64,000 nt of DNA, taken from Spongospora subterranea f. sp. subterranea (lineage: Eukaryota). A program made the translations under genes and the position numbers. The stretch lies in the NCBI GenBank assembly GCA_049724395.1, contig JAUGWO010000045.1, positions 124,001 through 188,000 on the forward strand, given 5' to 3'. A model generated the notes under the pieces. The model was not told where the DNA came from and did not search any database. It saw only the letters and a list, made by a program, of their open reading frames with translations. Positions 24,643 to 39,388 of the stretch are shown in pieces (positions within the stretch are counted from its first letter, which is position 1; the number at the start of each line of letters is the position of its first letter).

Positions 24643-27600
24643 ATGATCTCACTAGACAGTTCGCCTTCCCGCAGTAAGCACGACAGGTCAATAGTAATCG
24701 ATTTCGTCGTATTTTGCAAACGAGTATATGTTCTTACGTAGATTCATTTTTTTGTTTTTTAGAAATATTAGTTTATCATGCCCCGCCTCGCCCAGTTCCT
24801 CCTGGATGCCGGATGAAGCTTGCAACCATTGCTATAACTGTGATCGACCGTTCTCGCTCTTTGTATGCCAATAATTTGACGTATCTGTTTTTTCCTGAAT
24901 TTTGATTCAGAGACGGCGCCATCACTGCCGGAAATGTGGACAGATTTTCTGTGCAAGGTGCTTCATCCGCGTAGCCTGCAATCATCAACATCTTATTTAT
25001 GGTTGCAGCTGCTCAGGAAATATAATTGATTCTGGCCGTGCATGCGATTACTGTAGCTCAATTGCAAAATATTTTTCATCGTGCAACCAAGTAATAATCC
25101 TTTATCGTCTTGCTAATAGCTTATTTTTATTTTATTTTTTGCGTTAGAATCGAATTGCTCCGGAATTGTCTCTATCCTGTGCCCCTAATTGTTATATTGA
25201 CGAGATTATTTCTGAGACGATATACGCACGAGTGCAGGTAGTGCATTGACGTGCGGCCGGTGCAAGCATTAACTATTTTGTCAAAGGCAACTGTTGAGTC
25301 TTTAAATAGCAAGGTGGATGCTACTGCACACCTTCCATTTATGGAGCTTGCTATCCAGGCATCAAGTGCCCTGGAAATTTGGCCGAATCATGGAGATAAC
25401 AGGGACCCCAGACAATATGTTCAGGTTTTTGGCTTTATATGGTGCCAGAGAACCGCTTTCCTAAGATGTGCTCTAGATTTGCGCTGACGCGGAATCTAGT
25501 CAGAGTTTCTGCATGATAGGCTGTGTTATCAATAAGGCGATCGCTCATCGCCGCATGCGTACCAAGATAATGAAGCCTAAAATTGTTTTGCTTCAGGTCG
25601 CTGTGTTTCATGAGTTGACTCCAATTGTAACTTTGGAATTAGGGAGCTCTTGAGTATGACCGTAATCCATGCAGGATGACATCGTTAACATCGGTGCGTG
25701 AAGGAGAAGTCGTATACCTCAAAATTTTGATCGCCAAAATTATGCAACATTCTCCGGATTTGTTGCTGACGCATCGGTCAATATCAGGGCACGCCCTGTC
25801 GCTTCTTTTGCATCATGGAGTCACTTGCATCGTTAACGTCAGTCAGGACGATTTACAACGAATCGCTCGGTGTACTGGGGCGTCGGTCCTCGAATCAGTT
25901 GATCAAATAGCGGTAAAAGTCAATGTTTTGCAGGTTTGTAGTTTATTCTTTTTTAGGGTAATCTGGGGACTTGTAGAATATTTTACGCCTCGAGGGCGTC
26001 GGATCAGCCTGCCTGCTTCTTTGAAGGCTGTCTACCAGCATCAGGATCCACCATTGTCATGAACTGCCTGAATGATGTTGTCACGAAATTGATGTCGAAT
26101 GCAATCGTCCATGCGTACAACGCCAAGTATGACTTCGTGGTCCATTGATGATTGGCCATTTTCTAATATCGACCCAGGTGTGAAATTTCATTAGAACGAA
26201 TTCTTGGAGCGAATTATTGTGACGTATCGAAAGAATTGAGTACCGAGCGTCTTCCTTTTTCGATGTTGACTTGAACCTCAATTTTTAACAGGTGGGACGT
26301 CATATGGACTAACAATATCTGCATCAGGACCCGACTTTGTTATTCGACGAATGCACATTGCCGAATCATGGTTGAATGCATTTCAATTTTGATTTCCACA
26401 TCATTTAATCCGTATGCTTAGGCCCTGTTCCCACCACTGTGATGCGATCTCTTTTTATCAGCAAGGTCTATACGCCGAAGTGTCCTCATGTGTCGTCCTG
26501 AACTTTGTTTTGATTTAGGAGATTTATCGCTTCGAGAATTCTTATGCGAATCTTTTTTATTTCCGTTTTTCACATGCAACGATTGCCGGCGCTCTCCATT
26601 GCAACATACTGTCGTGTTTGAGCAAGATTCTTCCCGTATCACTTTACAATTAGGATTGAATTCCCGGTAAACATAATTGCATGCTACCTAGTACATTAAT
26701 ATCAACAGATGTGCCAGGGTGACTAACTCCGAGATTACCACGTGGGCATTGTGCTCAATTTGCGCTGCTCCTGGCAACATCTGTTCCCCGCCAGAACCAG
26801 TTCCTGTTCACGCTCTTCAAATTTCCTTCTACAGATTCTTACAATTGTATGTGGTTGACAAGCTTTCCTGTTGTCGAGCATGTAACCATAAATTAAGAAC
26901 CGAGCACGTGCGGTAAGGAAAACATCCAGTATATTTTCCAGCGAAGCTAACCTGATATTAGTCAGTTTTCCTTCAATTCCTTCACATTGACAATAACCTA
27001 TATTGCGCGGCCTCATTATTCAATATCCCCAAATCTGTACCATAATGCTTCGCCCAATGCTGAGTTAGCAGTTTCTCCCGAAGTGGTTTCTCGATTTATC
27101 CATCTTGTATTTTGATCAACACGTACGGGATAGCCATTCGTTTGATACCAAGTTAATTTTAGGCTAATGCGTGTCTGGATGATTTCCGTACATTCTCCAC
27201 TTTGCGTGTCGAAGTTGATGAGTTTCGGGATCTGATGATGACATCTCTTCATCAAAGCGAGATGACTGGTTCCAAGCTTTCACGAATTCGATTTGATTTG
27301 CTTAACCAGGCTAAGTCTCGCATTCCTTTCGCATTGGCATGCTCTTGCACTAAGTGAGAATTGGGTTAGATCGTGGAATCAAAGCTGCAAGCGATCGTCG
27401 GCATCACCCTTAGTTTCGATGTCGGCTTTGGACGGAGATTCACTTTCAGCCAGCTTAGCATTGGCCTTGGCCTCTGCTTCTCATCAAGAAGCAATTCAAG
27501 GTCCGTTCCGATTGCTGAGGTTTCAGGGGAACTTCGCTAATTTTGCTGATAAGGCCTTGATAGTCGAGAAGCATCTCTGCATGTTTTGTTGAATGACAAT

Positions 27601-28723
27601 AACGACGGTCATCTAACAGTGGTTCATGGAACGTCAGACAGTCAAACATCTATTGTATTTTTTCCTCGTCAAAGCGCTGCCCTGCGACGTTTAACCGTTG
27701 GGGATAGCGTTGCTGATTTGGTGGCTGCCTATGTGGCGTTTATTCATCAAATATATTCATATTCCCATAGGAATTTGCTGTGAGCTTAAGTGATTTTGGT
27801 GAATGGATGGCATCAGGAGGGAAATCCGATGCAACTTTCGGCAAGAGTCGCGATGGCAGATTTGTCATCAAAGTCGTGAAGAAAAAGGACATCAATATGT
27901 TCAAGCAAATGGGGTTAGAATATTATAGGTGGGATCTAATGAGATTTCTATGTTGCCATCGTTTAATGTGCCCTAGATATATGGGATCATCCCTCAGCTC
28001 AGGCAGACCGACAATATTGATACCGATAATTGGCGTATTCCGGGTTGTCATGGGTAGCATTTCTAAGCACATTATTGTACTTCCCAATTTGTTCTATGGA
28101 ATGAACCGCGTCCACAAGGTATTCGATCTCAAAGGTTGTGTGAGGGTTCAACGCCACTCCATGGCAACGCAAAATCCACCAAGCGACAGGTTGACTGACC
28201 ATTTTTTCTTCTTTATTTGTGTTAATGTAGTCGTGACAGTTCTGCCCACGAAACTGCCACTCTTCTGGATGGTAATCTTTTAACCTTCACTGGCGGCATG
28301 CCTTTAACTTTGTGTCCAACGTCGTTATCACTTTTGAAGCAAGCATTGAAAGTCAGAATACTTATTGTTTAACTGGTCCGTTTTAAAATGGTCATCTAGA
28401 GTGATACCACGTTCCTCGCATCAAGGTCGATCGTCGACTATTCGGTACTGTTCGGATTAGATTCCGAAAAACAGCAGATCTCACTCGCAATCATCGACTA
28501 TCTGCGCCCTTATTCAATAGATGCGGTTAGCTGTCATCTTTCTTCATTTGATGTTTCTCGCTCAAACTGACATCTCAAACTGCAGATGTTAGAGACTCAA
28601 GTGAAATCACTAGGGATGCTCGCTGGACTTCCGTTGCCTACTGTTATTCCGCCCCATGATTACAGGATCAGGTTTTGTCGAGCGCTTAGCACATATTTCG
28701 GGTTAGAAGATTCCGGAATATAA
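24643..28723 (+). CDS. FAB1: 1-phosphatidylinositol-3-phosphate 5-kinase PIKfyve/FAB1, many exons
   Basis: FYVE domain WMPD...RRRHHCRKCGQIFC, CCT-like KAIAHRRMRT, and kinase motifs GGKSDATFGKSRDGRFVIK, FDLKG, IVDYS, IIDYLRPY and PTVIPPHDYRIRF. The start position is approximate. Confidence 0.92.
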
Positions 28724-28957
28724 CGCAGCTTTTAATTAATCTTATTTTCATTGTACAAATAAAAAAACATATCAACTCCAATCCGATTTTTTCTCCATTC
28801 CGAGATATTTCGTGAAAGGTGATCGATCCGGTCAAACTCCACAATCTCCTGCTACATAGCGGACTGGCATTCGATGAAACTAGATTCAACGGGTAAGATG
28901 GGCTCGAAGACACTGCAGCAATCCGTTGCACGAGGTTAGACATGCGCGCCTGGGGCG

Positions 28958-29423
28958 ATGCACTCTGCTAATTTCCGCCCAACAGTTGACAGAAAGCTGG
29001 AAGCCATACAGGAACGCCTGACAATGTTCCAGGACAAACTGAAAACCTGTCAGTCAGACTCGGCCCGGCAGCCCGTAATATCTGAGATTGGATTTTTGCA
29101 AACACGTAAAATGGTTTGCCAGAAACATAAGGGAGTGTTACTGAAATCAGCGAACACCAGTAAAGAAGAAGGTTGGCCATCGCTTGTTCTCGTAAATCGA
29201 GGCTTTACGAATGAGTATAGATTGGCAGAATCACGGATTGTTAGCTCCTGTAATCAAGTTCTTTAGCTCATGGAACCTGTCCCCGGTGCCGAGTGCCGAC
29301 GCAGGCAATGCCCAACTAGCTGGGTCGCTGAAAGACCGTCAGACCATTCCAGGGGAAGCGAACGATCAGTCGAAGAAACCGGCGCCGTTGAGAAAGCGAT
29401 CCGGCCACATAAGAGCACATTAG
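28958..29423 (+). CDS. Hypothetical two-exon protein
   Basis: Coiled-coil-like first exon; an intron at about 29172-29220 joins it to DWQNHGLLAP.... Confidence 0.4.
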
Positions 29424-29577
29424 GAAGACAATGTATATGCTCCATCCTGGAAAGAGGCAAAATTCAAAGTGGAATAGAAAACACTTCGCTCAATAGAATC
29501 GCTTTATGCTGAGCCAAATGGAAAACGTATAGAGCGAAATGATCAATTTAAGAGTGACTATTGAGAAACGACCGCCA

Positions 29578-30552
<975 letters not shown>

Positions 30553-30853
30553 TCGCCTCAGTCAGCAGATATGGCCAAAAACGGCCGCCGGGTTGGTTGA
30601 TCCGACACGGACTACGGGGATCATGTCCAAAAAGCGCCAGGTCGGAACGAACATAACAGGCTCAACGGACTTCGCAACGACGAGTTATGAATTGACGATA
30701 CGTCGTTCGCTGATTGAGATCCAGATGATTGCTAAATATGAGTTTATATCTTAAAAATAGAATCCACTTATCGTGCTGGGCCGGACTTCAGTCCTCCAAC
30801 CTCCAGAATACCAGCGATGATTTGAGATGAATCTGAAAGGGATCTATAAAACA

Positions 30854-31832
30854 TTACAGGTCTTGCTCCATGCGATCAGTTGTCGGCTCAGGCATCGCTG
30901 CCCCCTCTGAATATGTCGGAAATCCAACCAGCTTGTCTAGACGTTCTTCCGTCCAAATTAAGCGTCGCAACAAATCTAACAGTTTTGGATCTGAAAAAGG
31001 ACAGTTTTGGAAACAGAGCGGAGCGTTATTTCTAAATCAGATTCAAACCTTTCTCTTGACCGATGTGGCCAAGAATGGCAATGTTCGCCGAAGATGCAAG
31101 TTCGTTTCGATGCTTCTGGTCCACTAAGTAGGATAGTGGACAATTATCCAGATCTTCGAAAGCCAACAGCGACATAAGTTGTTCGATTTCTGCGAGAAAT
31201 TCGGCATTTTCTAAAGCTCTTAACGCTAAATTCTGTGCGAAGGAGTTTTCAGCAGTCGCGATTCGAAAAATGCGAGAATCACAAAAACCTGTTGGGCGAA
31301 CAACAGCGCGGCTTGCAAATCCCCAGATCGGATTAGTTCAATCAACTGCTGGCCTTTGAGGCGAAAACATAGCGCCTCATCGCGATCAAGAATTTCGCAA
31401 TCGAACTCGTTGATACGGTTAATGGCCTGTGATATTGCTCCTTGCTTGATTAACGATGCGATTTCAACGCGATCCGTCATGGACTTTAAGATGTTCATGT
31501 CCACTAGTTGATCAACGATGTCATCGGTTCATTCAGGTGAATAGGGATAGGACGTACTTGATATGCCACTCTCTTTCTGAAACCGTTCGGCAACGGTATA
31601 GTGTCCTTCCACAACGAGAAAGTTCATGACAAGTCGATCCATCGACCTAATGCATTTCTATTCGGAACGCATGGCATCAAAGCGTTGGCGGTGCGACGCA
31701 CCGTTTACGAATTTCGACCCGATTCAGGCGATCGGTCCACTGGTGAGGTGTGATTCCCATGGATGTGACCACACCCCCATGTTCGGAAGAACCGGACGAG
31801 GCGCTATCATCATCGTCTTCATCGATATCCAT
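30854..31832 (-). CDS. GID8: GID/CTLH complex subunit GID8/TWA1 (LisH-CTLH-CRA)
   Basis: LisH MDRLVMNFLVVEGHYTVAERFQKESG, CTLH GAISQAINRINE...QLIELIRSG, and CRA PKLLDLLRRLIWTEERL. Confidence 0.9.
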
Positions 31833-32661
31833 GATGGGATGGCGCTACTCTTGACCTGACTGTGTTTTACCCGTGCCGTACCAGTGGTACAGGGTCAAAC
31901 AGCAGTTGGTACCTGTTGGTGTTACCGGCCTTCAACAGTCATCACATTCTAGCGCAGCCTAGTCAGTCATGTCACATTGCGTACTGGAGTCCTCCTTTTA
32001 TTACAGAATACAGATGGCAATCCCAGTGTATTTCGCTAATCAGGCTTTCCATGCACATCAGAGATTATCTTGAACAAACACTCCTCCTATTTACTGTTCA
32101 TTCATCACTATTTTTTTTTCGCAAATTTGACCAACTACAGTAGCACAAAACAGGGCAAATCGGCGGTGTCTAGTCGCAGAGTTGGTAATTTTGTATTGGA
32201 CCGTTGGTTTGAGTAATGACGATCGAAAGCGTGGCAAACAGTGGAGTGCATTGCGATCAATGGTGCAACCAGCAGAAAGTCGTTTCTGAGCCTGTTGGGC
32301 GGCGTCAATAGGTATCTGTCGAAACGTTGGCAACTCTGCGAATATCATCTTGCACGAAGGCCTCAGCTCGAGCGGTTCCCATTGCAATCCGCGCCAATTG
32401 ACTCATGACAACGTAGAAACAAACAATGGAGTCCCGCCCTCAAAAAGTCATTAACTGCCAACAAGCTACCTAAGATCCATCCGACGTCAACGTCTGCAAT
32501 AATCGCATCGCCATTTGGGCTCACCCTTCGTTCAACACCAGCAGTTGTCGTCGAACTAATCCGGTTCAGACGCAACGAGCAACGACCAGCTGGATAGACA
32601 CGTTATTGGGCGTTTGTTGGGCAGACAATTCTGTCGGGTACACCGTTGATCCAATGGTATT

Positions 32662-34279
32662 ATGTCTAAAGGGGCCGCTAAGGAACTCAAGCGAATAATT
32701 GCTCTGGGAAATGTCCCCGGGAACCCCTGTCCGGACGACGGGATGGAGGCCATTCGCGACAAGTTCGAGCGAATGAAATCCCTCTCGGATGTGGACAAAC
32801 AGGTGATCGAGCTGATTCAGGAGCGAATGACGCAGCAGCGGAGCGAGTTCGCGCAACGTCGAACCACGACCAGGATGATCTGCAGTAAATTCGAGGACCT
32901 GGAGAGAATATGTCGGGCCGATCGGGAACACGCTGAACTGCTGAAGAATACGGTCGAGGAGCAGCAACAGGAACTCGTCAAGGTCCGGTGCGAGAAGGAT
33001 TCGTTGGCGACGCTGAACGAAACGTTGAGGCAGGAGGTCGCGGCTAAACGCGAGGCGTATGCAGCCATCGTCAATCGCTGCGCTGAGAAAGACGCCTTGA
33101 TTGTTGCTCAGAATACCGAGATCGCGACCTTGAATGAGGTCGTTCACAGGCGGAATATCCAGAACTCGGACGCCTGTAAACAGTACATGGATTCGACGCA
33201 AACGATCGAAAGGCTTCAACAGGAACGAAACGGGCTGTCCCAGGAGCTGAGCGATATTCGCAAGCGGATCGTGGAGATGGAGGCGGCCAGAGAGAGCAAC
33301 GACCGGCAATTTACTGAGGGCATGCAGGAGAGGATCGGCCGGTTGGAATTAGAGAATCAGGAACTGCAGGTCAACACGACCAGGGATTCCTTGGAATATC
33401 GACAGGCAGATGGCCGCCTTGAAAGCGGATCTCCAACTGCAGACGCAGGCGAATGCGGTCGTCGTGGCGAAATTAAGGGAGGAGTCCGACCAGGCGAAAA
33501 CAGAGCTGGATCAGGTCAGGAACCGGATGGACGACGAAATCAACGGCCATCGCGAAGAGCTCGCCAGGAGGATCACAGATCTGCGCGAGCTTGAGGTCAA
33601 CTACCGCTGCCTAAAGGATGATTTCGAAAACGCCCAGATACAGGTGACAACGTTCATGAATGGTGAGCATGTCTGGCACGAAAAGCATGATGAACTTCGG
33701 ACCCAGCTCCAGGACACAATCCTGGAACTGCGTTGCTGTCAATCGCACAATGTTGAGCTGTTAGAAGGCAATGCCAAATGCGTTGACCTGGAAAACCGTG
33801 TTGCGCAACTAGGGAACGTTATTTCGTATATGAAGCAGCAAACACTACAAGATCGGGTCAACCTTGACCAGGAGATCGAAATCGAAAGGTCAAAAATCCA
33901 TCAGCTCAATACAGTGATCGAAGGCCATCGAATCAAGGAAAAATCGTCGGCAGATCGTGTGGCACGATTGTGTGCCACTGAATGCGAAGTTCGAGCCGCC
34001 GTCGCCAAACTGCTGAACGCCCAAGAGACGATGGAAGGGTCGTTCACCTGCCTCGTGTGCATGAAGCTGTTCAACGACGCCATGACCTGTGTGCCCTGCG
34101 GTCATGTTGTGTGCAGGGCGTGCAGCTCCCAGGAACTCTGCCGAGAATGCTGCCGCCCGACAACCAGCGCCATCCCCAATCGGAATATGGACGCGCTGAC
34201 GGGGAAGTTCACGTATTCGCGGGTGGTCCTGTCGAAGCTCAAAGAAGACCTTAGTTCCAGCCCTTTATTCTCGGAGTAA
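32662..34279 (+). CDS. Long coiled-coil protein with a C-terminal RING finger; probably has further upstream exons
   Basis: Heptad-rich ORFs joined by a 40-nt intron (33370-33409), ending in CLVC...PCGHVVCRAC...CREC. Confidence 0.8.
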
Positions 34280-34381
34280 AACCAGTCTCCTGGCCGTTCT
34301 TCAAGCGAGTTCAACGTAAAGCCAAGAAGGTTATCGAGACAGATGAATAAATATCATATTTGTGTAATGACCTAAGGAATG

Positions 34382-35818
34382 TCATTCCTTGTGATTATCG
34401 GCAGATTTGAGCGATATATCAGTTAGATCGCCGTACTTTTTGTCAAACTCTGAGATCCTGTCGGGAACAAACGTCAACGACGTGAGTAGGTACGAAGACG
34501 ACGCATACAGGTCTTTCCCCTTGAATGCATACGGAGATTCGGGGACAGATCGCATTGGGGTCAACACTTCGATCGGTCCGACAGCGGGGCCCACTGACGA
34601 CGACTTCCTGCTCATGACCTGATCCGACATCTTCTTGATGAACTTCAGATCGCGATCTTTGATGGCGGTCATCCTAGCCCTCACTGTTTCAGACCCATTC
34701 CCTGAATCAGAATGCATTTTTCAATCTACCACTCGTTTATCGTCCGGGCCGGATCGCCATCGTCATCGGTCGGCATGATGAAGTACAGCTCTTGATCAGG
34801 GCAACGGATCTGAACCAGAATTACGTCAAGCGGCATTTTTGACACTACTCGGCCGTCGAACCTGAATTCCGTCTCGATTTGTTTCATCGTATTCCAATCG
34901 GAATGTTGACATCTCACAGCGGTCAATGTCGATTTCCTTGACGGATGCCATATCCGACGATAACGCCGAGATGTTGTTCCTGAGCAGGTATTATAGGACG
35001 GTGCGCTAATAACGGGGTGTGGGAGGCGACACCTGTAAATGTTCATATGCTGCTCGGGATCGAAACACGTCCAGACTGTGGCGCGATATCGACAGGAAAA
35101 GCGGGAGGAATTTGGTGACGTCGATGATGGTCGGCTGGCTGGACCATTCACTGAACGGCAACGCCTGGAACAGTAATGTGCCGGTGAGAATGAGCGGCTG
35201 TTGGATCCATCTGGCAATCTTGGCCTGGGTGAGCATTGTGTGCAACTGGCCCGTTCGTAGCTGCTGGATCAGGTCGGCGTATTCGGTGTGTTCGAGAGAG
35301 ATAAATTGGTTGATCAACTGATGAGCCGTTTGCGATAATGAATTCACGAATTCGGAGCGACCGCCGTCGTCAACCTTCAACCAAAGTGTTGTCATTGAGG
35401 TGAAATGGATCGCGCAATCATCGGTCCTCAAGGCGAAATCCACATCGGACGACTGCGATGGAGCGGTGTTGAAGGGTAGGGAAACGAACAAGATATCCTC
35501 CAACGGAAACTGGTCCAGCGGATTGCAGATAAGACAGTTGCCAATCAGGGGTGGGAACAACAATAATCGGTAGTTGGTGATGCAAAGAGTGATCGGCTCT
35601 TTCGGTTGTTCCGGTTCAGGTTGTTGCCAGTACATTGGCTGTAATATAAACCCTCGAGCGCTGTACAACAATTCCTCACATTCATAATCGCTCGACGACA
35701 ATAGCCGTTGCAGTGTTGAATTACGTCGCAAAGCCAGGTGGTCTGTTAACGACCCCAACACACCATCGTTGACGATGTCCAATTGCTGTGCCGCTGCGAC
35801 CTCACTTCGTATCTCCAT
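34382..35818 (-). CDS. Hypothetical protein with PH-like domains
   Basis: Long ORF with PH/GRAM-like strands (TLCITNYRLLLF, LFLSISRHSLDVF) and a terminal helix containing NEW. Multi-exon. Confidence 0.55.
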
Positions 35819-36294
35819 TACGAAGAAAACCCCAAAAAAAAACGTTTTCTTCCAAAGAGCTGGCCGTCTTCTCTCAGTTAACGTGAATGCATCGAATGCA
35901 CACAATTACTTTGCCATCGTTTTATCCAAATATCGTTGCCAGGGTGTTTGGTCGTCTCCAGTCGTGCGGGTTGCGCTGCTTGTCAGCTGGCCGGGCCCTC
36001 CTGAGTTGGAGTTACACCACAGTTGCAGCACACTTATAGTTGTGTACAGTGTACAGTACGTTTAGTGTCTCCTGTGTCTCTGTGTGTGTCCTTCAAGACC
36101 GCGCGCGGAGTTGTAACAAGTGCGGTGGTGTATATGAGGGAGGGGGGTTCATGAAGAGCTGCTATGGCAGGGAGGTCCGCTCCGGTCTAACACACACAAC
36201 ACAATACACGACCGTGTGTGATACAACAACCACGTAACGTCACATCTCCTCTCTCATCACCCACTACCGTTAATCGCTCCACAATCATTATCAA

Positions 36295-38226
36295 ATGCGT
36301 CAAGCTCCGGTTATTGTCCTGAGTACGTTCAGCTCCCTTTGTCGATGTGATCGGGATCGTCTGATGTTGGTGCAGATCAAAATGCGACTAGGTCGACAGG
36401 GCGTGATGCGCAGTTGGCCAACGTGTCAGCCGCGAAAGCAGTTGCCGACATCATTCGCACGACATTGGGGCCGCAGTCGATGTTGAAGATGATCCTTGAC
36501 CCAATGGGGGGAATTGTTTTGACGAATGACGGCAATTCCATCCTCCGTGAAATTGATGTCTCACATCCAGCAGCAAAATCAATGATTGAGCTATCCAGGA
36601 CCCAGGATGAGGTGCACAAACACTTCATCTACCTTGTTTTTATGCTAACTTTAAAGGAATTTAGGAGGTTGGTGACGGAACAACATCGGTCATAATTCTG
36701 GCTGGTGAAATGTTGTCGGTGGCCGAACCATTCCTTGAGCAGAATATGCATCCGACTGTATTAGTTGGTGCCTATCGAAATGCCCTCCAAGATGCTCTTG
36801 AAGCTTTATCAGACATTGCAATTACTATCGACTTATCAGACCGCGAAGCAATGCTCGATGTTGTTCGAAGCACAATCGGTACTATTGTTATTGTGCAACA
36901 TCGTAACTTCGTCCTTATTGATAAATGATTTTGCTTAGGGACTAAATTTGTGTCCCGGTATGGAGATATGATCTGCAACTTGGCATTAACATCAATCAAC
37001 CGCATTGTCGACGTCCGTCCCGATGGCAAGAAAAATGTTGATATCAAACGCTATGCGAAGGTATTCTACATATCAGACGGTTGATCTTTGTTTCATATCT
37101 CTTCGTTTTTTTGTAGGTCGAGAAAATTCCTGGTGGTATGCTTGAGGACTCTATGGTGTTAGATGGTATCATGCTCTCGAAAGACATCACGCATCCCAAA
37201 ATGCGACGTCATATTGTCAACCCTCGCATAGTATTGCTTGATTCAAACTTGGAATACAAGAAGGGAGAAAGTCAGACCAATATTGAGATTTCCAGAGAGG
37301 AAGACTGGAACGCCATACTCAAGTTAGAAGAGGAATATATCGAAAAAATTTGCAACTCGATTCTGGCCGTTAAACCAGACATCGTCATTACCGAGTTTGT
37401 AAAGTTACATATTTCTGTGCTCCGTTTTAATTATTTTGTAGGAAAGGAATCTCCGATTTAGCTCAGCATTTCTTTGTTAAAGCTGGTGTTTCCTGTCTGC
37501 GACGGGTGCGCAAAACTGATAACGATCGTATCGCTAGAGCTGTTGGCGCCACGATTGTCAACCGTCCAGAAGAGATCAAGGAAAGCGATGTTGGCACTGG
37601 GTGTGGTTTATTCCAAGTCAAGAAAATTGGTATTTCCGTAAAAGTGGGCTCAATATAGTGCTTACAGATTTGCATCTTTAGGTGACGAGTACTTTTCCTT
37701 CCTGACTGGTTGCTCTCAACCCAAAGCATGTTCGATCCTTCTACGTGGTGCATCAAAGGATATATTGTCAGAGATCGAGAGAAACTTGATTGACGCGATG
37801 GCTGTCGTGAAAAACGTTGTCCTTGATCCGCGTGTTGTTCCCGGTGGTGGAGCTGCTGAAATGGCTTTATCGCAAGCCTTGATCAAGAAATCAAAATTGA
37901 TTGAAGGCATTCACCAGTGGCCATACCGGGCCGTCGCCACAGCACTTGAAGTTATTCCTCGAACGCTGATCGATAACTGCGGTGGCCAATCTATCCGATT
38001 ATTGACAGCATTACGTTCGAAACACGCCGAGACCGACAAGGCTGGCCCCGGTGGTGCATCGTGGGGAATTGATGGAGTGAAAGGCGAAATCACCGATTGC
38101 AGCCAATCTCGAGTGTTTGACACTTATGCAGTAAAGTCGCAGACTCTAAAGACGGCCATCGAATCAGCCGCCCTTCTCTTACGGATTGACGATGTCGTAT
38201 CTGGTGTGTCAAAGAAGAAAGAGTAA
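36295..38226 (+). CDS. CCT3: T-complex protein 1 subunit gamma
   Basis: Motifs ADIIRTTLGP, TNDGNSILREI, GDGTT, KKGESQTNIEISREED and AIESAALLLRIDD. Confidence 0.97.
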
Positions 38227-39388
38227 ATTTAGTCCTCTATCACTAAACAGATCATTAACCGGACACCCTCTACTGCTTTGTTTTACTAACGATCCATTTC
38301 GGACGGAATACTTGCAGCGCTTCGTGCAAGAAACATGATAAAAATCTGTTAGCGCTCGCTCAAGTCGTAATGTTGGCAGCCTGCATTGTTCGCAATTCAG
38401 CCCAAATATGGAGAGTCTTTATGTTTATGGTTGAAAAGTTTGTGGATTCGGTGACGTTGCCGAAGATCCTGGTAAATTAAATAAAGGGTCAGGGAATCAT
38501 TCAAATGTCGTCGGTCTAGATCCTCATGCCATGCGTTTGTTCCCAACGTTCCGCATTTACAGTACAAGAATTCACAACGGTAATCCTTTCGGGCGAAATT
38601 ATAGTCGATAATGCATGATTGTCTCAAGAAATTCTATGGGAATGTATAATTGACCATCTTGGTAGCAGCGTTTCATAAGTTTCGAGAATTTAGGCTCGGC
38701 TGATTGCGACCATCAAAGGAGATCGCCTGTCTGTCAAATCGAATAGTAGTGAAAGCTAGTTTACCAAAGCGATCATGCAAGACGGTCATAAATAAAGGCC
38801 TGTTGTCAAAGATCGCCGTATGGGTGGATGGTCAAACGGTTTTATGCCTACAATAATTGGACATGATGGTCATAACCGATACTGAAAGATCTTTCGCTAC
38901 ACAAAAAATCGTCATTTATCAGGGCGTATGATTTCGTGCAGATGTTGTTACCGGACGTCTTCTCGCTACCGAACTGACTCCGATCGAGCACTAAAAACTT
39001 AATCTGGTTTGAAGTTCGGCCTCAACACACGGTGCTGTGTCACGGGTATACATATTTCGATTAAGAAATCACGGAACGGGGAGCAACGTGCACAAGTACC
39101 AGGGGCAATGCAATTTCTGAGGATTGAGGATCACAGACCCCAGAACCCTTAATAAACTGCATTCAGTTCCTTGGTGATCGGCCAACGCTGGTCATGTTGG
39201 CGACTTTCAATAAAAATTGTGTGCGCAGTCGTAACATAACGTTTGAAAACGTGAGTGTATACATGGTTAGCAACGCAGTCACGCCCCCGCACGGGCTTGC
39301 TGAGGCGCGGCCTTTCCCCGCCATTGTTTGAGGAGAAACCCCATTCAAAGGGATAAACCACCTGTTTTGGAACATCGGCTCGTTAGTT

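Noticed and set aside
32566..33309. 247-aa antisense ORF
   Set aside because: It is a shadow of the coiled-coil gene on the + strand and has no motifs.
38300..39300. Possible snoRNA or TE remnants in the CCT3-MPP gap
   Set aside because: Only isolated TGATG/CTGA words are present, with no terminal stems, recognisable guide sequences or transposase motifs.
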